Shown: positions 30,602 to 41,015, counted from the first letter of the stretch. The stretch: DNA of 64,000 nucleotides from Chloroflexota bacterium (GCA_965261635.1 OZ253463.1:353164-417163); one strand, 5' to 3'. The notes: generated by a model not told the origin, from the letters alone. Made by a program: numbers and translations.

Positions 30602-31021
30602 GCACTCGCGGGTCTTGGCGGCAGGAGAAGATGGATGCCGCGCCCCCGCAGGGGGCGAGCTTTCGCGGGAATGACGGAGGGAGGACGCTTCGCTGGAGTT
30701 ACGGAGTGAGGACTCCTCGCTGGAATGGCAAGGTACGGACTTTTCGCCAGGATGACGGGGCAGGAGTCCTTCGCCGGATTCAGGGGAAAAGGGCTCTGCC
30801 GGGGTCTCGGAAGATGCAGAGGTCTTCAAATGACGGTACTCCTTGTATCAATGCAGTTTACCCGCGTAGGCACCAGTCTTGTCCCCGCGGCACCGAAAGC
30901 GCGTCGGAGGCACGGGCTACTGCTAGCGAATTCGGCAGACATCCAAGCGGGGGACACTACAGTTCTAAGCCGAAGCGCGCCGCAATCGCGGGCTTACGAT
31001 CGGATACGGCGCAGGCCGTTT

Positions 31022-31849
31022 CTAGTGGTGGTCGACGCGCGGGTTAATCTCAAGCTCCCGCAGGTCGCGTACCATCTGGGCCAGGCCGCGCGCGCCGGCA
31101 TCCAGAAACTTGCGACCTTTCTCAGCAGTCGCTACCGTGGGATCGCCGCGCACGCCGGTCTTGGAGAAGGTGCTCCAGTACGGCATCGCCGCCACGTGGT
31201 TGGCATCGGGATGGCGGCCTGCGACCAGGTCGTTCCACCCGCCCAAGCTCATCGGCACATCGTCCGGAATCTCCTCTGCCGCCAGGTCCATGTAGACGTT
31301 ATCCGGATCGATGGCGAGGTAGAGGCTTGTTTCCAACTCGCCGCCGTGGGACATGCCGCCATGAGGTGAGTCGCGCAATTCGGCCACCACACGGCGCACC
31401 TCGGCGATGCCCCAGTGGTTGAGCGCATAGACCAGCCCCACGCCCTCGGTCTCGATTACCGCCAGGCGGGCGGCCACCTCGGTAAAGGCGGTATTGCTGC
31501 CGTGACCGTTGAGCATGATGATGCGCGTGAAGCCATGATGAATAAGCGACTTGCAGATGTCCACGAGGTAGCGCACGAAGACATGGCCGTCCACGTGGAT
31601 CACGCCGGGGAAGTCCAGGTGGTGCGGATCGTAGCCGTGGGCAACCGCCGGTACTACGACGCACTGATCGGGTACTATTTCTGCCGCGCGTTCGCAGATG
31701 GTAGTGGGCAAAAGCACGTCCACGTCCAAGGGCAAGTGCGGGCCGTGGTCCTCGATGCACCCCGTAGGCAACAGGGCTACTCGCTTTTGCGCCGCCGCTT
31801 CTTTGATCTCCGGCCACGTCATCTTGCCGTATAGGTACTTCGTCGTCAT
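31022..31849 (-). CDS. Creatininase (creatinine amidohydrolase) family protein
   Basis: Metal-ligand pattern EDHGPHLP...HGY...D...NGHGSN...E, typical of the creatininase fold. Confidence 0.8.
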   Translation of the reverse strand: MTTKYLYGKMTWPEIKEAAAQKRVALLPTGCIEDHGPHLPLDVDVLLPTTICERAAEIVPDQCVVVPAVAHGYDPHHLDFPGVIHVDGHVFVRYLVDICKSLIHHGFTRIIMLNGHGSNTAFTEVAARLAVIETEGVGLVYALNHWGIAEVRRVVAELRDSPHGGMSHGGELETSLYLAIDPDNVYMDLAAEEIPDDVPMSLGGWNDLVAGRHPDANHVAAMPYWSTFSKTGVRGDPTVATAEKGRKFLDAGARGLAQMVRDLRELEINPRVDHH

Positions 31850-32444
31850 GCGCCGATCTCTCCTCTTCTTTTTATCGTTCGTGTAATGATCAAAAGCACG
31901 TTATTCTCATTCGATTATAGACTCCGCGGGGTGTGACGTGCTTCAAGCGCGCGGCCTCTGAATGACTTTGTCTGCCCGTACGTCCTATTCTGTAGCTTCT
32001 CGGTCATGCTAATACGCCAGGTAGGGCACCATCGACGATACGAGGGTCCAGCGGCAACGAGACTCTTCTGTCTTACGCACAACATGCCCACAATTAGATT
32101 CGGAGCGGGGGACAAGCCCCCGCGCTACGGTAAAGCGGTCAAATGGAATGCGCGATTGAGAGTGCGAGTGAAGCCGATACCGTGCATGCTTCGACAGAGC
32201 CTTGGTGAAACCACCTCAGCACGAATGGCTTGTGGGCACAGGTTGGCACAGCTTGCAGAAAGATGCGCGCGAAGCGGAACCTTTTGTGCTTCGACAAGGG
32301 CTTCGCGCAGCACTCAGCACGAACGGATTCTTGCCTTTTCCGTTCGTGCTGAGCCTGTCGAAGGGCAGGTCTACACAGAGCGATGTATTTATGAGACAAG
32401 TTCTAGCGACTTTCGGAGAAAAACTTCACGGCCGAAGAATCGCA

Positions 32445-32469
32445 GAGGGCTGGCGCGTTGCCAGCCCTC
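32445..32469 (-). terminator. Hairpin terminator candidate downstream of the SBP gene
   Basis: Stem gagggctggc / gccagccctc with loop gcgtt, 34 nt past the stop of the minus-strand SBP gene. The following tract is only modestly U-rich. Confidence 0.35.
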
Positions 32470-32502
32470 CGATTGCATGACTCCAATTGGCTCAATAGGG
32501 GT

Positions 32503-33792
32503 TTACTCTAACGTGACCTCTTCCGTGCGCACACTCTCGATGGTGCCGCCGGCATAGCGCCAGACCTCGATTGGGGTGACCACGTCACCGCTCGCATCGA
32601 AGTCGTGCGCGCCCGCCGCGCCTTCGTAGTTGATGCTGCCGCCTGCCCGCAGCGCATCAATGGCTGCCTTTACTCCGGCCGCGCCTGCCACTGCCACGTC
32701 TCCGTCAGGATTGGAAACCGTACGCAGCATGTCACGCACCGCAGCGGGCGTAACCTCTGCACCGGAAACCTCTGCTGCTAGTGCCGCCAAGGCCGCAATC
32801 ACAATGGAGTCGTAGACGTTGGTCATGAACGGCAGCGGAGGCAACTCGCCGTACTTTGCCTGGTAGTCTGCCGTGAAGAACTCAAGCGACTGAGTTTCGG
32901 CAGAGCCGGGCGCCGTACCCATCATTCCTTCAAGGTTTGCCGCCCCAACTGCCTCAATGATCTGCTCCGATCTGGTGCCGTCCACGAAGAGAAAGTTCGT
33001 GATGAAGTCGTTCTCGATGGCTTCCCGCAGGTAAATAGTGGCGTGGCCCGCGTAACTCAGCGCCAGCAGCACTTCCGGCTCACCCTCGATCGCTTTGCGC
33101 AGCTCCGCAACATAGGTGGTAGCTACCGCTTCATCGTGGGGCACGGCGGCGCTCACCGTTCCTCCCGCAGCCTCGAACGCGGCCTGGAAGTTATCCTTCA
33201 AACCCTGGCCGTACGGGTTGTTGACGTAAATGATCGCAACGTTCTTGTATCCTTGCTCGACCGCCACGCCGGCAAGCACCACCCCTTGGAGCGCATCCGA
33301 CGGCACGGTGCGGAAGAGGAAATCTTGGCCCTCATCAGCGGGCAGTATCGTGAGCAGTGGTGACGTAGAGGCGTAAGAAATCTGGGGTACGCCCTTCGGA
33401 ATCGTCACAGACTCAGCGACGGCCAGGCTGGAGCTACTGGCCGCGGCGCCAATCACCACGTGCACCTGGTCCACGTCTACCAGTTTGCGGGCCGCCCCGA
33501 CGGCAGCCGTCGGGTTCGTCTCAGTATCGCCGTACACAATCTCGACCGGATAGCCGCCTTGCGCTAGGTGTTCTTCGGCGAGGGCTGCCGCCTTCTGGAA
33601 CGCCGCGCCAAACTCGCCCAGCGGTCCGGTAAAGGGAAGCAGCACGCCAATCTTTACGGTTGGCGCTGCTGCCATTTCTTCCTTCTCTGTAGCTTCCGGC
33701 TCTGCGTCCGGCGTAGAAGCGCACGCAGCCGTAAACAGCATCAGCACGACTGCTGTTATGGATAGAATCAACACTTGCAAGAACCGCGACAT
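32503..33792 (-). CDS. ABC transporter substrate-binding protein (branched-chain amino acid/LivK-like), lipoprotein
   Basis: Signal peptide with lipobox (LFTAAC|AS), then a periplasmic binding protein type-I fold (KIGVLLPFTG...). Confidence 0.8.
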   Translation of the reverse strand: MSRFLQVLILSITAVVLMLFTAACASTPDAEPEATEKEEMAAAPTVKIGVLLPFTGPLGEFGAAFQKAAALAEEHLAQGGYPVEIVYGDTETNPTAAVGAARKLVDVDQVHVVIGAAASSSSLAVAESVTIPKGVPQISYASTSPLLTILPADEGQDFLFRTVPSDALQGVVLAGVAVEQGYKNVAIIYVNNPYGQGLKDNFQAAFEAAGGTVSAAVPHDEAVATTYVAELRKAIEGEPEVLLALSYAGHATIYLREAIENDFITNFLFVDGTRSEQIIEAVGAANLEGMMGTAPGSAETQSLEFFTADYQAKYGELPPLPFMTNVYDSIVIAALAALAAEVSGAEVTPAAVRDMLRTVSNPDGDVAVAGAAGVKAAIDALRAGGSINYEGAAGAHDFDASGDVVTPIEVWRYAGGTIESVRTEEVTLE

Positions 33793-33827
33793 TGCGAATT
33801 CCTCCTCGCTTCCGTGTAGACGCCTAT

Positions 33828-33856
33828 TTGACAGTCACATGGCAGTAGCATATAAG
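33828..33856 (+). promoter_or_regulatory. Candidate sigma70 promoter TTGACA-N17-TATAAG
   Basis: A near-consensus -35/-10 pair in the divergent intergenic region. It would give a ~260-nt leader for the downstream dehydrogenase gene. Confidence 0.3.
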
Positions 33857-34123
33857 AGGTCATTGGTGTAGTCAAGGAGTTTGCGGGCCAATTGCTAGCG
33901 TAGAAATACACGCTAGGCCCAGCGCAGCGGCAACGAGTAGGGGCACGGCAGGCCGTGCTCCTAACGGTGATCCACGATTAAACCGAACGCTACACTTCCC
34001 ACCCGGCAGGCAACCCGACACGAAATCGGAAGAGCTGCGGGCATCCCTATCACGATTCCTTTCTGGTAGCATACGGTAGAGTTCACGAGATTCGTACCTC
34101 GCTGCACCACAGGGAGCAATCCA

Positions 34124-35128
34124 GTGCCAAAACCGGAAGTATTCATCGCCATCACCAAAACGCTGCGGACAAGCCTCTTTTCGGCTGCAAGTGAGGAGCG
34201 CCTCGCCACAACCTTCACCGTGCGCGGCGGCGACCATGACGGAAAGCTAACGAGTGCGGACTTGACAGAGCAAATCACCGGATGCACAGCCTTAATCACG
34301 GGCTGGGGGTCGCCGGAGATTACACCGGAGGTCTTGGCTGCCGCAACCGATTTGCGCATCATCGCCCACAGCGCCGGTAGCATCCGGCGACTCATTCCCA
34401 AAGCGGCGCTCACGCAAGGGATCGCTTTAACCCACGCCGCGCCGATGATTGCGGAGGCCGTCGCCGAGTTTACCGTGCTCGGCATGCTGCTGGGCCTGCG
34501 CTGGCCCCACCGGCAAAATGCGTTGATGCATGAGGGTAAATCCTGGTCGGAGTCGCGCGCTATCGGCGGCAATCTCTTGGAAGCGCAGCGCGTCGGCCTC
34601 ATAGGCTGCGGTTACGTGGCGCAGCGCGTAATCAAGAAGCTGCAGGGCTTTGGCATGCCGATCGCGGTCTACGATCCCTATCTTCCTGACGATCGCGCCG
34701 CCGCGCTCAACGTAACCCGCGTCTCGCTGGAAGAGCTCTTCAGCACGTGCCGTGTCATTGCGAATCACGCGCCCACGACCCCGGAGACGGACGGCATGGT
34801 GCAGGCCGCGCACTTCAAGGCATTGCAAGACGGGGCTGTATTCATCAACAATGCGCGGGCGCGGGCGGTTGACCAGGATGCCATGATCGCCGAGCTGGCT
34901 ACCGGCCGCATTCGCGCCGTGCTCGATGTGTTCAACCCGGAGCCATTACGCGAGGATAGCCCGCTGCGTGGGATGGAAAACGTCTTCCTGACGCCCCACA
35001 TGGCCGGTCTCTCCGACGATACGCGCCTGCGCCAGGGCGCGGCCATGGTGGATGAGTTGGAACGCTCCCTTAGCAGCGAGCCGCTGCTCTACCCCATCAC
35101 GTTGGAAACCTACGATCGCATGGCATAA
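34124..35128 (+). CDS. D-isomer-specific 2-hydroxyacid dehydrogenase family protein
   Basis: NAD-binding GxGxxG (GLIGCGYVAQ) and the catalytic R/E/H triad region. Confidence 0.8.
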   Translation: MPKPEVFIAITKTLRTSLFSAASEERLATTFTVRGGDHDGKLTSADLTEQITGCTALITGWGSPEITPEVLAAATDLRIIAHSAGSIRRLIPKAALTQGIALTHAAPMIAEAVAEFTVLGMLLGLRWPHRQNALMHEGKSWSESRAIGGNLLEAQRVGLIGCGYVAQRVIKKLQGFGMPIAVYDPYLPDDRAAALNVTRVSLEELFSTCRVIANHAPTTPETDGMVQAAHFKALQDGAVFINNARARAVDQDAMIAELATGRIRAVLDVFNPEPLREDSPLRGMENVFLTPHMAGLSDDTRLRQGAAMVDELERSLSSEPLLYPITLETYDRMA

Positions 35129-35144
35129 GAGCGCCGAATGAGAG

Positions 35145-35197
35145 GCACTCTCCGTTCACCCTTCGACAAGCTCAGGGCGAACGGAGAGTGCTTTTTT
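35145..35197 (+). terminator. Rho-independent terminator (REP-derived hairpin plus T6)
   Basis: The stem-loop gcactctccgttcaccc...gggcgaacggagagtgc is followed immediately by TTTTTT, 17 nt after the dehydrogenase stop. It sits between convergent genes. Confidence 0.6.
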
Positions 35198-35336
35198 CTA
35201 TAATGCATCGTTGGCTGAGCGCTCTTTATAGAGCGTGTTATGGCGAGTGTGATAGGCGCACCGCTTCGTGACCGCACACGCTCTCCGACGGACTGCGATC
35301 CGGCCGATAGGAAGCCCCTGGGCGCCATCTTGAGGA

Positions 35337-36350
35337 TCAGTCGGGCGGGCCGTCGGTGGAGGTGCGCCTCTGTGCGTGCCTGACCAGCAGCGCAGTCAAG
35401 TCATTCACTGTGCGAGGCACGGCGGCTGAAGACGGGAGCAGTCCTGCAGTACACAATTGGCGATAGGCCTCAACCACGAGGGGCTGCAGCAGTCCGGCCT
35501 CACGTAGCAGCGGGTCATCCGCAAGCACGGAATCGGGAGGGCCTTCCGCAAGGAGCCGGCCTTTATCCAGCACGATCACATGGTCTGCCCAGGCCAATGC
35601 CAATTCTACGTCGTGCGTCGAGATGACGATGCTCCGGCCGTTGCGGTGCAGCGAATCGAGCAGGTCGAGGACGCGTCCAGTCGTCTCCGGATCAAGGCCG
35701 GCGGTCGGTTCGTCGGCAATAACGACCTCCGGCTCCATCACGAGCACACCGGCAATCGCGACCCGCTTTTTCTGACCGTAGCTCAGCATGTGGGTGGGCC
35801 GTTCCGCCAGTTCCACCAAATTGGTGTCCGCAATTACCTGTTCTACCTTGGCGCGTACATGCTCTTCAGACCACCCCAAGTTCAGCGGCCCAAAGGAGAC
35901 GTCTTGCCGGACGCTGGCAGCAAAGAGCTGAGAATCGGGATCCTGAAACACCAGACCCACGCGGCGGCGCAATTCACGGAGCGCATCACGGTTGTAGCGT
36001 ATAGGATCGCCATTATGGGAAACCGTCCCGGCAGAGGGCTGCAGAATGCCATTAAAGTGTAGAAATAACGTTGTCTTACCGCAGCCGTTCGCGCCCAAGA
36101 GGGCAATCCGGCGGCCTTGCGGCAGTGTCAGAGAAAGGTCGCGCAGGGCCACGGTACCGTCGGGATACGCAAACGTAACGCCCTCAACCGCCAGCACGGG
36201 AGGCGCGGCACTTGCCGCAGTTGCCACGGTCTTGTGCGCCGCGAGTTTGCCGTCGTTGCGTCCGGCCGCAACCAACTCCTCCGGTTCCTGCAAGCCGGTG
36301 GGGAGCGCAACGTTGGGTGAATGCGTATCAGCAGTATCACCGAGACTCAT
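35337..36350 (-). CDS. cbiO: ECF transporter ATPase (cobalt/nickel CbiO-like)
   Basis: Walker A GANGCGKTT, Q-loop, signature LSYGQKKR and Walker B VVIADEPTAGLD. The start ATG overlaps the cbiQ stop as ATGA. Confidence 0.85.
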   Translation of the reverse strand: MSLGDTADTHSPNVALPTGLQEPEELVAAGRNDGKLAAHKTVATAASAAPPVLAVEGVTFAYPDGTVALRDLSLTLPQGRRIALLGANGCGKTTLFLHFNGILQPSAGTVSHNGDPIRYNRDALRELRRRVGLVFQDPDSQLFAASVRQDVSFGPLNLGWSEEHVRAKVEQVIADTNLVELAERPTHMLSYGQKKRVAIAGVLVMEPEVVIADEPTAGLDPETTGRVLDLLDSLHRNGRSIVISTHDVELALAWADHVIVLDKGRLLAEGPPDSVLADDPLLREAGLLQPLVVEAYRQLCTAGLLPSSAAVPRTVNDLTALLVRHAQRRTSTDGPPD

Positions 36351-37141
36351 GCAATTCCCCCAAACCAGGGTGCGATAGTTGCCAAGACCAGCACGCTTTC
36401 GACACCGGCGATTAATGCGAGGTTGCGGCGCGACCACGTGGGTTGCGCCGTGAGCACGCGCAACTCACCGTTATAGCCCCGGGCCGTCAGCGCGGTATAC
36501 AGCGCCGCTGCCCGCGTCTGCGAACGCAAGTAGAGATTGGCGGCGAGCATGCCCACCGAATGCAGCGACCGCCGCCAGTTGCTGTAGCCGAGGCGGGCAT
36601 TCTGAGCGATATACATCGCCTGCGCGGTTTCGATGAAAACGAAGATGAACCGATACATCAGCACCATTAGTTCGATGAACAACTGGGGTACGCGCCACTT
36701 CCGCAGTTGATCGGTGATGTCCACCATCGGAGTCGTAAGCGCCAGCGCCAACATACTTGCAACGCACGCAAAGGACACCGACGTGACCTGCACGGCGCGC
36801 GCCAAACTGCTCTCCATCACGCCGACGTGCCACGGGCCGACAGGCAGCGCCACCAGTGTCTCTGGGTTGGCCGGGTCTACCGACGTAATCGCCAAGGTCA
36901 GCACGCCGAGCAGGATGAAGCCGGTCGGCAGGCGTACGAAGAACCAGAAAGCCCGCAGGGGAATACCGGCTACGCGGACTACGGCGACCGTCACGAAGGC
37001 GAGCGCCAGTAGCGCTACCACCGGCGAGCTGGCGATGAGGCAGACAAGCATGGTGAGGCCGGCAAATAACATCTTCTCCGCCGGGTGTGCGTCCCGCAGC
37101 CTATTGTGATAGGCGTACATATCGATGGGAAAAGGATGCAT
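36347..37141 (-). CDS. cbiQ: ECF transporter transmembrane component CbiQ
   Basis: A 264-aa polytopic protein in a conserved operon position with typical CbiQ topology. Confidence 0.75.
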   Translation of the reverse strand: MHPFPIDMYAYHNRLRDAHPAEKMLFAGLTMLVCLIASSPVVALLALAFVTVAVVRVAGIPLRAFWFFVRLPTGFILLGVLTLAITSVDPANPETLVALPVGPWHVGVMESSLARAVQVTSVSFACVASMLALALTTPMVDITDQLRKWRVPQLFIELMVLMYRFIFVFIETAQAMYIAQNARLGYSNWRRSLHSVGMLAANLYLRSQTRAAALYTALTARGYNGELRVLTAQPTWSRRNLALIAGVESVLVLATIAPWFGGIA

Positions 37142-37210
37142 CGCTTGCTCCTCAACCGCCGAGACCGGCCGGTCACGTCCATGCGCGAGCGGAACGATAG
37201 CGGCCGCTGC

Positions 37211-37711
37211 CTACTGTGTGCTCATTTCTCCCCCGGCGCGCCGGCCCAAGGGATAACCGATGAAGAACGCCAAGAGCCCAAGACCAATGCCTTGTGAGGC
37301 GGAAATCGTCGCCTGAAGCTCGCCAAATTCCGTCTCCACGAAGAACAGCGCGATAGCCAATACCACGCCTATGGCGCAGAGCACACCTGCAATCGCCATA
37401 TCGGTCCCGCTTTCCATTCCTTGCCGGGCACGAGAGCGGCCCAGTATCCAGCCGACTATGCCGGCCACAAAGAGCGTGCCCAGCAACGCCTGCAACCCAA
37501 AAAAGTAGCGTTCTAGGTCTTTAGGGGAAAAGATTGGCTCAAACCATGGCTCGAAGTCTTCTCCGGCCAACTCTTCCACGACCGCAACGCCTTGCATGTC
37601 CGCCCCGCCCCATTCCGTGCCTTCCGCTACCCAACCCCGGTAGGCCAAGGGCACGACAACCAAGAGAATGAGGATAACCGCCAATAGCCAATTGCGTCTT
37701 GCTTGTGACAT
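37211..37711 (-). CDS. cbiN: Cobalt ECF transporter small subunit CbiN-like (extended)
   Basis: N-terminal TM (LLAVILILLVVVPLAY), then a G.EW.GAD periplasmic motif and a C-terminal TM. Start placed at the internal Met MSQARR. The protein is longer than typical CbiN. Confidence 0.55.
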   Translation of the reverse strand: MSQARRNWLLAVILILLVVVPLAYRGWVAEGTEWGGADMQGVAVVEELAGEDFEPWFEPIFSPKDLERYFFGLQALLGTLFVAGIVGWILGRSRARQGMESGTDMAIAGVLCAIGVVLAIALFFVETEFGELQATISASQGIGLGLLAFFIGYPLGRRAGGEMSTQ

Positions 37712-37764
37712 ATGCTGACTCCTGCACGTTCCCTTCCAGTACGACGTTGCCACGAAGAGAACCG

Positions 37765-38565
37765 TCAACTCGTGGCAGCGGTGGGACCGGGGGCGGGCTC
37801 CGGAGCTTCCTCAGAGATAATGCCCTGTTCGACGAGCACCTCGCGGCTATGCTGCAAGAGCAGGTTGAAAACGATTACCGTAAGGATGCCCTCCGCGATA
37901 GCCAGCGGAATCTGCGTAATGGAAAAGATGCCGAGGAATTTGACGAACGACTCAAGCACGCCGCCAGTCGCCGCCGGCCACGCCAGCGCCAATTGCCCGG
38001 CCGTGACGATGTAGGTGGCCCAGTCTGCAAGAGCGGCCGCTAGAAAGACGGCCCACGCCAATCCAAAACCACGACAGACCCGGAAGACGCCATACGCAAC
38101 GAACGGTCCGATCACAGCCATGGAGAAGACGTTTGCGCCGAGGGTGGTCAGGCCGCCATGCGCCAGGACAATGGCCTGGAACAAGAGCACGATGGTGCCA
38201 AGCACCACCATGGTGGTGGGGCCGAAGAGAATTGCGCCCAGGGCAATGCCGGTCGGATGTGAGCAACTACCGGTAACGGACGGCAGCTTCAATCCCGATA
38301 GTACAAACGAATAGGCCCCCGACATGCCAAGTGTGATCTTGCTCTGCGGGGAGCGGTTGACCTGCCTGGCAATGGAACGCAATCCCCAAAGAAAGAACGG
38401 AATCACGGCAATGAACCAAAGTATCGCCCACGCGGGGGGCAGGAACCCTTCTGAAATGTGCATGGCGTGCGCCGAACGCACTGTGCCAAATGCCAGTAAC
38501 AGCCCGGCCACTACAATCATAGCCACGCGCTGCTTCGTCTTGGAAGGCGTGACAATAGCGGACAT
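37765..38565 (-). CDS. cbiM: Cobalt/nickel ECF transporter substrate-capture component CbiM
   Basis: A signal-peptide-like N-terminus precedes the conserved MHIxEGxLP start of mature CbiM. Seven TM segments. Confidence 0.85.
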   Translation of the reverse strand: MSAIVTPSKTKQRVAMIVVAGLLLAFGTVRSAHAMHISEGFLPPAWAILWFIAVIPFFLWGLRSIARQVNRSPQSKITLGMSGAYSFVLSGLKLPSVTGSCSHPTGIALGAILFGPTTMVVLGTIVLLFQAIVLAHGGLTTLGANVFSMAVIGPFVAYGVFRVCRGFGLAWAVFLAAALADWATYIVTAGQLALAWPAATGGVLESFVKFLGIFSITQIPLAIAEGILTVIVFNLLLQHSREVLVEQGIISEEAPEPAPGPTAATS

Positions 38566-38599
38566 TGCGTTCCCCCTTCGCCAAGAAACCTAGGGCCTT

Positions 38600-38860
38600 T
38601 AGCTAATGCGAATGATTAGCAATACCGTGTGGAAAATATTATACACGCGGCAGATGGCGATTGCAAGACCCTCAAGCGCGATTTCTGTGCGTTTTTTGGG
38701 AATAGTTGTCAGCAACCCGCGGCGAGGTCTACTTGGGTATAAGTACCGTTTCTACGGGGAGGACGCAGTCCACAGGAATACCACTGATCCTGTACCTGAC
38801 TTTGTTCGATCTACCCTGAATCGGGAGACGCAAGAGTGACAGGGAATTCGCGTGACGGTC
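38600..38860 (-). promoter_or_regulatory. Candidate cis-regulatory leader (possible cobalamin or Ni/Co riboswitch) upstream of cbiMNQO
   Basis: A ~545-bp non-coding gap lies upstream of cbiM. On the minus strand it has GGTGgtATTCCtgtgGaCTGcgtCC...GtAgaaACgGTA and a B12-box-like AGTAGACCTCGCC, which partially match the cobalamin riboswitch core. The match is imperfect. Confidence 0.3.
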
Positions 38861-39110
38861 CGGATGGGCTGAGAGTATCGCCGTAGGGCGCTGTGCCGGC
38901 TGAGTGGCCCCAGCCAAATGCTCAGGCTACGATTCCGGCGACCGAGAGGAGCAACTGCGGGGGGATCGCGAGTATCTGCACGGACCGGCAGCCGTTTACG
39001 AACCACAGCGCGGTCTTGGGGAGAAACGAGGCACTTCGTACTCAGGCGCGTTGCTGATTGTGAGACCCGCACAAGCTTAGTGTGCACACCGTGGTCACGC
39101 CCACCGCAGC

Positions 39111-40097
39111 TCACACGAGCGCCCTGCCGCTCATCCAGTATTCGCGCCAGACCGTATAGCCGAGCTTGCCGTAGAAGTCGACGATGCGCGTCCAGTCGAT
39201 GTGGCAATTACCGATGCCACGATCCCGCAGAACCTGCGAGCCGACTGCCACCATGCCGATGCCGCGCCCCCGTTCGCTCGCCGCTACGCCTACGGCGCTG
39301 ATGCCGCCGAGGTTGTCCCCCAGCAACGTCTTCCACGTGATGTTCGCCCCCAGCCAGCGGGATGTCGGCGTGTGCAGCATGAGCGTGCTGACAATGCTCT
39401 TCCGTTCGTCGACTGCGATTAGCATATTCTGGAAATCGCCGAGCTCTGCCGTGTAGACGAATGCTGCGGCCCAACCGGGAAAGTGCTCCGCTTCAAAGGC
39501 AAGCACGTCCGCTACCTCGTCCTCCCGGGCCGGGCGTATTATCACCTGCTCCTGCGCCAAGCGCGCGCTCATCGCCGCAGGCATCTGAAAATCGCTAAGG
39601 TCGCGCACCAGGTCGCACGACCGCTGTTCCGGGTCAAGCGGCCAGCCGCAGGAGGCAAAGAACGGGTACGCCCCGGGCAAGTCGGTGGGGATCCCCGGCC
39701 AGAAGCGGTACGCGCCCCCACCGCCGAGACGCAGCGCGCCCACGCCCGCCTGCCGCAGATGGCCGAGCGCGGCCTCGTGCAGCCGCGTGCCGATGCCCTG
39801 CCGCTGCCGCTCCGGATGCACGAGCACCACGGATATCCCGCCGCTGCGCTCCTGCACGTCTGGCTCGCTCCGGTCAATCTGCGTGCCCACGAAGCCAACG
39901 ATCCGCTCGTCCGCGACCGCCACCAAGTGATCGTCCCCGCGATAGAAGCGATGATCGGTCAATTGCCGCCGCAAGAGGTCATCGCGCATGGGCCACGTCT
40001 CACCCAACACCGCCTGCCAAAGCGCAAGCAGCGATGCCGCGTCACCCTGCGGATCGTAGGTTTGGATTGTCATTTTGTTAATGGCTGATGCTCGCAA
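39111..40097 (-). CDS. GNAT family N-acetyltransferase (tandem GNAT domains)
   Basis: Two acetyl-CoA binding motifs, RQGIGTRL and RGRGIGMV. Confidence 0.8.
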   Translation of the reverse strand: MRASAINKMTIQTYDPQGDAASLLALWQAVLGETWPMRDDLLRRQLTDHRFYRGDDHLVAVADERIVGFVGTQIDRSEPDVQERSGGISVVLVHPERQRQGIGTRLHEAALGHLRQAGVGALRLGGGGAYRFWPGIPTDLPGAYPFFASCGWPLDPEQRSCDLVRDLSDFQMPAAMSARLAQEQVIIRPAREDEVADVLAFEAEHFPGWAAAFVYTAELGDFQNMLIAVDERKSIVSTLMLHTPTSRWLGANITWKTLLGDNLGGISAVGVAASERGRGIGMVAVGSQVLRDRGIGNCHIDWTRIVDFYGKLGYTVWREYWMSGRALV

Positions 40098-40205
40098 CGC
40101 AATTGCGCTGAGCGGTCATGAGTTGACACCACGCACTCCCCATCGTTTTCACACGATTTAGGCAAGTGTCATGAATGTAAAGAGAAGACCAAAGGAATTA
40201 GCGCG

Positions 40206-41006
40206 CTACATGTAATTGTATCGAACCTTATTATACAGATTGTCAAATACAGCAACTATTTCTTCGTCACTGCCTAGCATTCGCAAATAGCGGTCAATCT
40301 CGTCAAAAGGGATTTCGAAGTATTGGTCGAACAACTGGGCACCACGATAGATATTGCTCGAAGGAACATAAATCGGTCCGTAACGCTTAACTGGGTTGAG
40401 GTAATACAGAACGGGTCTTAACGCATGAACGTCGGTCACCTCAAGGCGGTTTATCAGTCCAGCATAGGTCTTGATGAATTTGCGGTTAATGTCCACAAAT
40501 TTGCCTGTATCATGGTCGTCGTTGTACTTAATCTCGACATATACGCTTTGCTTGCCTCCTACTTGGAATAGTGCATCCACATCCTTTGTAATGGTTTGCT
40601 TCGGCGCAGGTGAATCGCGTTCAATTGACAGTATTCGGTTGAGGAGTTCTTGGAACACCTCGTCGCAACCATCTGGACTATCTGGAAGCTGCCGAGAAGT
40701 AATGTATTCGTCGATCAAGCTATCCGTTTCTGCGGTCATAGAGAGAGGGATCTTCTTGCCTGATTCCGGCAGTGCCGAAACCTTCGTATCGTAGTCAACC
40801 ACAAGAGCAATGAGTTTTTCAATGAAGTTCCCGAACTTAATGTTGAGAGATTGGAGCAAACCGCCCAGCACACGATATTGCGGAGGAATAAAGTGAATTT
40901 TCTCTTTGTGTAGTGCGACACTCCTTTGAATATTCCTCTCTGATATAGTTTGGTCGATGATCGTCCGGATAGCGGTACGGACTATAGCACGGACATCCTC
41001 ATCCAT
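40206..41006 (-). CDS. Putative Type II restriction endonuclease (HinfI-like partner of the adjacent CcrM-type MTase)
   Basis: A 266-aa ORF immediately downstream of the MTase in a lower-GC islet. It has a PD-(D/E)xK-like D...EIK core (VYVEIKYNDDHD). Its size matches R.HinfI-class enzymes. Confidence 0.5.
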   Translation of the reverse strand: MDEDVRAIVRTAIRTIIDQTISERNIQRSVALHKEKIHFIPPQYRVLGGLLQSLNIKFGNFIEKLIALVVDYDTKVSALPESGKKIPLSMTAETDSLIDEYITSRQLPDSPDGCDEVFQELLNRILSIERDSPAPKQTITKDVDALFQVGGKQSVYVEIKYNDDHDTGKFVDINRKFIKTYAGLINRLEVTDVHALRPVLYYLNPVKRYGPIYVPSSNIYRGAQLFDQYFEIPFDEIDRYLRMLGSDEEIVAVFDNLYNKVRYNYM

Positions 41007-41015
41007 TAACCGCGC

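Noticed and set aside
30602-30829. N-terminal 76-aa extension of guaA
   Set aside because: It is low-complexity S/E/P-rich and encoded by dispersed REP repeats. The conserved GuaA N-terminus (VVLDFGSQY) begins right after a GTG at 30601.
38845-38960. Plus-strand cobalamin-riboswitch-like element (AGGGAAttcGcGTGAcggTCC...GCTG)
   Set aside because: There is no plus-strand gene downstream to regulate, and the minus-strand candidate upstream of cbiM is biologically more sensible. Both remain unverified without a covariance-model search.
38752-39207. 151-aa minus-strand ORF and 127-aa plus-strand ORF in the cbiM upstream gap
   Set aside because: They have extreme Arg content and no family resemblance. 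They overlap the candidate riboswitch leader and the 3' end of the GNAT gene.
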